From the NCBI GenBank assembly GCA_964016885.1, contig OZ024743.1:66588001-66652000 (forward strand): a stretch of DNA of 64,000 nt, written 5' to 3'. Under the pieces are notes generated by a model. That model worked only from the letters and a program-made list of their open reading frames with translations, did not search any database and was not told the origin of the DNA. The first letter of the stretch is position 1, and each line of letters starts with the position of its first letter. The translations under genes and the position numbers were made by a program. Shown piece by piece: positions 55,564 through 64,000 of the stretch. This stretch comes from Eledone cirrhosa. Lineage: Eukaryota.

Positions 55564-55682
55564 ATATATATATATACATATATTTATATATATACATATA
55601 TATACGGGGTAACAAATTATTGTTATAGGTAGTCCACTTAAGTGTAGTCCAGTTATGGTACTCCGGGTAGTGGATATCAACG

Positions 55683-55760
<78 letters not shown>

Positions 55761-55790
55761 TATATTTATACATATATATATATACATATG

Positions 55791-55893
<103 letters not shown>

Positions 55894-55899
55894 ACATAT

Positions 55900-56042
<143 letters not shown>

Positions 56043-56048
56043 ACATAT

Positions 56049-56161
<113 letters not shown>

Positions 56162-56665
56162 AATGAAGTAATTCCGTCGGAAAAGTCCAGGAAAAAAGAG
56201 TGCTCTATGTAAGCAACAGAGCTTAATTATTATTATGTAATAAACAACATAAGGCAATTATTCCATTTACCAGTGGTTTCTTAAATATATATAATATATA
56301 TATAATATATAATATATAATTGTTTCTACTATTGGCACAAGGCCAGCAATTATCCCAGTGTATTACTGGTACTTTATTTTATCGACCCCGTAAGGATGAA
56401 AGGCAAAGTCAACCTCGAATATATAAATATATATATATAATAATATCATTAAAGCCAGAACTCCACTATCCGGGAGCTTCCAACAGCAATGGTTGCATTA
56501 TTTAAGGGTATGTCAATATTTATTTAAAAAACTGATCTATATTATATATTATCTGATGCATGCACACCATAATTTAACTTGGTGTCCTTGAAATATTTAA
56601 TGAAATATATATGGTTTTATAAATATAGTTTCCATTTGTTAATATCGAATATGTATATATATATG

Positions 56666-56837
<172 letters not shown>

Positions 56838-57064
56838 GCATGTGTGTGTGCATGTCTCTGTGTGTCTCAGTGTCTCTGCGTGTCTCAGTGTATGTGTAAA
56901 GCAGTTTGTTTTCTCTTTCGTTACAATGACTCGTATATATGAGGACGTTGACATATCCCCAGGATTGCTCTATTTTCTGACAGTGTAGGTGTGTAAATAT
57001 TGTATATGTGTTGCTGCGTGTGTCTGCATATAGATATATATGTGGGAAGGCGCTTAGCTTAATA

Positions 57065-57262
57065 CTGGTTTCTTATATAGGCACAAGGCCTGTAATTTGG
57101 GGGGAAGAGAAAGTCGATTAAATCGACCCCAGTATTACTGGTACTTTAATTTATCGACTCCGTAAGGATGAAAGGCAATGTTAACCTCAGACCATAAAGG
57201 GTCGTAACTCTTTGCTGCAAAGCTTGGCGTCTGACTCTCTACCGATACTGCCAGTCCACCAC
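57065..57262 (-). mobile_element. tRNA-derived SINE family 1 with target-site duplication (gcgcttagcttaatactg)
   Basis: Core match; gcgcttagcttaatactg at ~57050 and ~57267. Confidence 0.8.
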
Positions 57263-57540
57263 CCTTGCGCTTAGCTTAATACTGAAAACATTCAACATAC
57301 GATTTTACGATCGTTAGGTCGATTTCCTGCTATCCGTGGCTTTCTTAAACAAGGTATTGTATTTCTATATTTGGGGAAAGTCATGTTGTCCTAATATTGC
57401 CAAAAAATTGTGAAACACTCTTTGGTTTGGTTTTCACCTCAGTATTTATTTTTTATTCTATTTCCATAAATAATTTAGCTGGCAATCTATGTTTATAATT
57501 GATTGACCAACAGTTAAAAATATTAATATAAATATAATTC

Positions 57541-57584
57541 ATCAAAGTTCTTTCGTCACACATTTCTGTGACATCTTCAGCGAT
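57541..57584 (-). ncRNA. Minimal hammerhead motif (family H relative)
   Basis: atcg-CTGAAGA-tgtcacagaaatgtgtgac-GAAA-gaac-TT-tgat; degenerate relative at 49850-49890. Confidence 0.7.
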
Positions 57585-58214
57585 TATTGTGTTTCTACAT
57601 CTTCCCGTTGTCTTCCCGTTGTGTTTCTATATATGTTTTTTAAATCTCTGTTTGCGCATGCGTTTGTGTGCGTGTATTCTGTTTGGTGTGTGCACGTGTA
57701 TTTTATTCAACGTTATTCATGTCCACTTCACTGGTAATATGAGATGCACTTGCAATTCAACGATGGTAGGCTTGATACACAATAATTTATACTGAATCTC
57801 CCCTAGAATTGTATTATGAATACACAAGCGCTTCAAAAGCTGGTTAAAATTATTCCAAACAAGCTTCCATGAAAAAAAGAACGCTTAAGAGAGAGAAAGA
57901 GAGGGAGGGAAAGATATGATCATAGCTAATTACCATATATTCATTTGTTTCTTTTTTGTATGATTAATTTATTTATTAATTAATTTATTTATTTGATTAT
58001 TTATTTTTGGGATGATAGAGAATTTATTGACCAAAAGTTATACAAAGATGAAAATATAAAAAAAGATAAAAACAAAATTAAGTATTGAAACTAGGCGGGG
58101 GGGGGGGGGTAGAGATGAGCAGATATGGCCATAATAAGAGGAAAGTAGGGAAATAGTAAGGAATATAATACCACGAAAAAAGGGAGAAGACTCAACACCA
58201 TGGGTCAGAGCGGT

Positions 58215-58530
58215 GTCTTCGGCTGCACCCAACGGACAAAACTGCAAAGGCATTTCCGCGGACAAAAGCCAACGACAGCCGCTGCAAAAAACCTCCCCAC
58301 CTCATGGGCCACTTTGCTCAGACGGGCTGGCGTCGCTCCGATTTTACGGAGGAGCTCGGCTGTACGGGGTGCGAGGACGCTGAGGTCTCAATGGCTACCA
58401 GTGAGAAGAGGAAGCAGCTGAACAAGGCCCAGTATTTGCTTGTCTTCCTAACTGCTGCATTTCTGATGCTGGTCCCGGGGTTTGTGGCTGAAGCGACCAA
58501 CTAGAGGAGGAGAACGTGTCAAAGAATGTC
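58215..58530 (-). mobile_element. CRE-like non-LTR retrotransposon, restriction-like endonuclease C-terminal remnant
   Basis: Frameshifted translation SATNPGTSIRNAAVRKTSKYWAL..LVAIETS..TAELLRKIG..LQRLSLAFVRGNAFAVL. Confidence 0.7.
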
Positions 58531-58727
58531 GCGTTTATTCGTTGGTTGTGTTCAAGGTTGATGGATTCTTGATTTTTATCCATTCCTTCCTGTTGCTGTA
58601 GAAGGGTATGATTAAACCAGTCGATTAAAATTATAATTAAGTGTCACGGTTTACATATAAGCTTATTTCAGTTCTAAAAAAATCATCGATACAAATTAGA
58701 AAAAATTAAATTCCAAAGAGTTTTCAA

Positions 58728-59090
58728 TTCAATATTCGTGCCAACTCTTACTTATGGTCATGAATCTTGGGTAATGACCAAAAGAATACGATCCCAAATA
58801 CATGCAGCCGAAATGGGGTTTACCCAGACGGGTTTATGGCGTCACTTTACTCAATAGAGTGCGTAGCTCGGAGATTAAAGAGTCACTCCAGATAGAGCCT
58901 ATACTTCTCCGATTTGAGAGTTCCGATTTCACAGTTCCGATACTATGAGAATGCGGGTAGAATGTCTCAGGAAAGAATCGCTGGATAGATTTTACGTGAA
59001 AAAAACCAACTGGCAAGAGACTCAGGGGTAGACCTCGAGTAAGATAGTTCGATAACGGTTGGTCTCGCTTAGGGATCGCTGGGGGTGGTT
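58728..59090 (+). mobile_element. RTE (Expander/REX3-like) LINE 3' fragment
   Basis: SIFVPTLTYGHESWVMTKRIRSQIHAAEMG..RVRSSEIKESLQIEPILLR..GKRLRGRPR. Confidence 0.8.
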
Positions 59091-59592
59091 GCTTGTGACA
59101 TAAGACGCAAGAAGAAGAAGAAGAAGAAGAAGAAGAAGAAGAAGAAGAAGAAGAAGAAGAAGAAACTTTTCACTTCATTTTTGCATTGAATATCGATGTG
59201 TAGAGACAAAGAGCGATATAACTTGTCAAATACAGACATCGCTTGACCGGAATTCAAGAGATACGGGGTATGTACTGGCTGTCGTACACTTGTTTCTGTC
59301 CTTAAGAGTATTTTACTCGATATTCCAAATGCTATTAGTTATACTAATTCCATGTTTGTATTTCAACGTTTAACACCCACACAGGAGGATATGTAAAGAT
59401 TTTTTTAATCTATAATCCGGGAGAATGAATAATTTGATAATCGTGGCATTGAGTTTAACCGGTTTCTATTGGTGTAACAATCTTATCAAATATTAGATAT
59501 TTAAAGAATGTTTTTTTAATGTATCCTGTTAGCACACTGAATTACATGTGTATATGTATATATATATATTTATTTATTTATATATATATATA

Positions 59593-59716
<124 letters not shown>

Positions 59717-59984
59717 TTCCTTCTCTTAGAATTCTGCCTTGACAAAGGCTAAGGGGTCATCTCTCCCGGTGATTTTGGATGGCTATTGACTCTTAAGAGC
59801 CCCTTTGCCTTTTGACAGGTTTTGTTTTTAGTCCTGCAGGATGTCCAAAGCCACCCTCCTCACCAAGAAACCTTGGTGGGGTTGCCAGTTTAGTCGCCAA
59901 CGACCCAACCATGAGACAGGTTGTACTGGGATACATGTTACCAATAGCACCAACTGGTGACCTGACACACACCTGCAACCCTGA

Positions 59985-60255
59985 TGGTATCTAATGATGT
60001 TGAATTGTTCTTCTTTTTGGTAAATATCATCTTGGTTAAGAGAGTGGGACTGGCTTTGTGCAGTGCCTTTGCTCACTATAAAAGCTTCACAGCACAGGCA
60101 TTGCTTTATATCTGGAGATCTCTCTGCACTTGTCATCACATGGTACCATGGGCCCAGCACTATGTGTCAATAATTGTCACAAGTGTAGTGTTTGTACCAG
60201 AGTTTTCAAGTCGCTGGCTGGACTAAAAAGTCACACTCGTTCAGCGCATTGGTAG
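59985..60255 (+). mobile_element. Probable RTE-type LINE 3' end with C-terminal C2H2 finger
   Basis: 60181-60255 encodes KCSVCTRVFKSLAGLKSHTRSAHW*, like the single terminal finger of BovB-type RTEs. Confidence 0.55.
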
Positions 60256-60336
60256 GGGTTCTCCTACATGGATATAAAGTAGTGGCCGTACTCGAAAACG
60301 AGTTGGCAGCCACCATTATATATATATATATATATA

Positions 60337-60464
<128 letters not shown>

Positions 60465-60854
60465 TACGTATTTGTATGAGTGGTCGTATTTATGAGTGTA
60501 TGTATGTACGTATTTGTATGAGTGACCGTACGATTGTATACGTATGTGTGTGTATGTATGTGAATATTTATAAGGACAAAGGAACGATGAACCAGTTTCA
60601 GTGTTGAACAAAAGGGCAACGATGGTTGCCGAACACTGTGCGGCGTAATTGGGGCTGTTTGTTTACAAAGAAACCGAACATTATAATAAATGTTCGGTAA
60701 ACCCATACGTACATATATATATATGTGTGCATGTATGTATATATATACATACTACTGTACGTCTGTATACATATATGTATGTACGTATACATACTTATAT
60801 TTAACTATCAGCCGTACTAAAGGTGAGAAATGAAATTTCGTTTCATTCTTTTCC

Positions 60855-60959
<105 letters not shown>

Positions 60960-61154
60960 CTTTTCTTGGGTCCTGTATTTTCGTTGCTCTAGTGATGCGG
61001 CTAGACTGCCGACCGCTATATCTGATTTGCTAAGCTGTCTGAACGTAATGTTATTACTCTGGCGTCTTTCCTCACCTGAGTGCTCAAGCTACAGACCGAT
61101 GATGCATATACGTTAGCTTGGCCGTATCTAAAGCTTCGTCAATGCTGTACTAAA

Positions 61155-61214
<60 letters not shown>

Positions 61215-61434
61215 TATATATATATATATACACACATATATATATATGTATATATACATATATATATATATTCATATATATATATATATATATATATATA
61301 CCCGCCAGACAGTCCTATGCGAGCAAGACAACCACTCTTGCCTCAAGTGGGAAAACCCCCGTCCAAACCCATGCAAGCGTGGAACACGGACGCTAAACCT
61401 GATGACGATGATGATGATGATGCTGATGATGATG

Positions 61435-61474
<40 letters not shown>

Positions 61475-61938
61475 GTCCACACACATCAATGCTTACACAT
61501 ATAATTAAAAATGACTTATATATTCAACTATTAAAAGCCCGATCTTAAACACATAAAAAACAACTGCACTTGTGTTATGTTAAGTGATGCTATTACTCAA
61601 AGAGGCCCTCCCAAAATAATTAATCAGAATAGGACATACAAACATTTTAGCAGATAAAGTAACAACGTTGCTGTTGGAAATCCGTCGGTTTCGACGACGA
61701 ATATTATAGTTTCGTCAACGGAAGAGCCTGATAGTGAAGTTAATATGCAAAGTAGCCTAGCATTCAAAAGATAGGTGTAAACATAAAATAATTCTCAGGG
61801 AGATCCAACGTAACACTGTGTGTGATAAGAGAAGCCCTTTTAAATTACAGAAGCGTCAGTCCTTACAATTGTTATCTTTGACTCTAACTATTAAGGCACA
61901 AGACTCTAGCCACATATTCACGTATCTATTTATGGATA

Positions 61939-62016
<78 letters not shown>

Positions 62017-62205
62017 AGTAGCTACGTTTTATAATTTCTAATGTATATGCGTGTGTGAGTGTGTGTGTATGTAAGTATGTATGTATGTAAGTATGTATGT
62101 AAGTATGTATTTATACATAAAATGAAACTAATATTTATCATTAACAGTGACTGTTTACTTCAAATGCTTCAAAGTTTCGCCGATTCTGGCTTCTGATACC
62201 CTGAT

Positions 62206-62237
<32 letters not shown>

Positions 62238-62260
62238 GTATATATACATATATATATATA

Positions 62261-62316
<56 letters not shown>

Positions 62317-62319
62317 TGA

Positions 62320-62539
62320 CTTCTTCTTCCTCACTTTTCGTTGCTTCACCATCTTTGTTTGTTTACACTCGTGTCCCCTCTATTTACGTGTCCCAACGAC
62401 TTCTTTTAGCCGTTGCTCGCACCAACCGGATGTATATGGTCTTTAAAGCGATGAAATACCAATGATGGTTGGAAGATCACTGATGAAGGACTAACTTTAT
62501 TCATATGTAACCCATTAGCAACCACGCAGCACGTTTATT

Positions 62540-62542
<3 letters not shown>
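62320..62542 (+). mobile_element. 3' part of the ~620-bp pLTR-like family
   Basis: Homologous to 8270-8490. Confidence 0.75.
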
Positions 62543-62576
<34 letters not shown>

Positions 62577-63066
62577 TTGAGAGACAGAGGGAGTGGATAA
62601 AAGAGAGTAGGTGAGGGGTGAAAGATATATCGAGGTATAGAATTTGTTTTAAAATGTGCTATATGCTTCCATGAAGTCCCCAGGTCTCTTCTAAATAGTT
62701 GGTGTTCAGCGAAAAAAGATTAACAGAGATAGAGCGTAAATAAAAGTTAGCTGAGCCACTTAAGCACTCGTCTTTACAAGAAGGACATGTAAATGTGATA
62801 TGTCTTCCAGATAATATTTTTGGTAATGTGATAAATCTAAAATCTTTATTCACGAAATTTCAATTAAAATATATAATACATATAAAAATGTTTAGGTTTT
62901 GAGGCTAAAAGGCGTCCAACATCGCTTTCCCAGTGATAGAGGCCCGGGTGGTGTGTGTGTGTTGGGGGGGGGGGGCTTTATCTTGTGTGTGGGAGCTCAT
63001 ATGCAGGCTGCCATGTGTTCTCAGGTGGGTGACTGTCAGCTAAAATATAGATCCTGTCTTCTACAT

Positions 63067-63249
63067 CAGGTATATCAAACTGAGCGCCCCTTAGGGCCAC
63101 ATGAATCACATGTGTATTGTCTGAGGGCCACGCACAACTAATTGCACACATTACAACTAATTTTACGAAGATAAACCATGCTCACGCTGTAAAAACCTGT
63201 GTGCGGGCCGCAGGTGTGCTTGTAAAGGGCCGCATGTTTAACATGCCTG
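63067..63249. mobile_element. hAT (Charlie-like) MITE
   Basis: TIRs caggtatatcaaac / gtttaacatgcctg; perfect 8-bp TSD TTCTACAT (63059-63066, 63250-63257). Confidence 0.85.
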
Positions 63250-63520
63250 TTCTACATCGCCTTTCTTTATATCCTTCTTCCAGTCGCTTCTGTGCGCCAT
63301 CACTCTACTCCTTGTCCTCCTCCACTTTCTATCTGTTCTATATTTCATCTGACTGTCACCCACATTTTGGATTGTCTTTCTCTTGACCAATGGCCGCTGG
63401 TCTCTCTCCTCTGAGGAATTTTTGTACATCACTGTCTTTCACAGTATTTAGCTGTTTCAACGGCTATTCTAGTGATGAGTTTCCTCATTTTTATAGTAAT
63501 TCAAATACATTCTCGCCTAA

Positions 63521-63768
63521 CCTTTTAGCATTCAAATTACTTTATATTTACTATTGTATTTTCATGGTAAAGGCTTTACCTTGTATTTTAACGGTAAAGG
63601 CTTTACCTCACGTAATTATCTCACATAAAATGGAATCTATGAGATTTTGATATTATTTATTTTGAGAAATATACCTTAACATCGGTATGAGTGGCCGGTT
63701 ATGGCTGGGTTAAACAGAAAGAGGTGAGAGATGTCTGGTCGGATATGGCCAGTTTAAATGCTAAAGGG
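63521..63768. mobile_element. piggyBac-like MITE
   Basis: TIRs ccttttagcattcaaa / tttaaatgctaaaggg, flanked by ctaa / ttaa. Confidence 0.7.
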
Positions 63769-63780
63769 TTAATCTCGGTC

Positions 63781-64000
63781 AGAGACAGCGGCAACCTGGT
63801 GCATTTGGTGACTAACCCAGGTTTTGCTGCTGGTCAGGTCAACGAGGTCAAACTGTCGAAGTATTGGTTGCCCTCCGATAGGTTTGTGGTCGACACTGTG
63901 GCTGTGGAGATGTCCGGTGTCCTTGGCTCCCGGACCATCTCTCTACTCAATACTATCACGGTGGAGTTGGTCACCCGCAAGAGCGAGTCCTACGTGTTGG
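63781..64000 (+). mobile_element. CRE-like restriction-like endonuclease fragment (runs off the window)
   Basis: TNPGFAAGQVNEVKLSKYWLPSDRFVVDTVAVEMSGVLG, homologous to 58215-58530. Confidence 0.55.

Noticed and set aside
58304-58504. 66-aa + strand ORF with a hydrophobic C-terminus
   Set aside because: It is the antisense shadow of a CRE-like retrotransposon remnant.

Overview
This is AT-rich, repeat-saturated animal genomic DNA, most likely cephalopod (octopus-like), judging from the tRNA-derived SINEs with the 'ctttgcctttcatcctt..ggggtcgataaaataaagtaccagt' core and the ubiquitous (TA)n/(CA)n tracts. No host protein-coding gene can be called with confidence, and nearly all listed ORFs are microsatellite artefacts. 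The main content is: (1) many Penelope-like element (PLE) remnants, including Nematis-type and Neptune-type GIY-YIG fragments and short fold-back (palindromic) pLTR-only derivatives sitting in (TA)n. By hand I find about 16 type I hammerhead ribozyme (HHR) motifs with an intact CUGANGA/GAAA/NUH core, plus 4 mutated ones, in about 9 sequence families. (2) An 8.8-kb, highly homogeneous 119-bp satellite whose monomer is an imperfect palindrome. It lies inverted inside an older degenerate copy of itself and is bracketed by the two halves of a circularly permuted SINE. (3) About 7 kb of (GTA)/(GGT) low-complexity DNA containing four short unique islands that might be exons. (4) Fragments of RTE, CR1-like and CRE-like LINEs, Tc1/mariner elements, and hAT and piggyBac-like MITEs.
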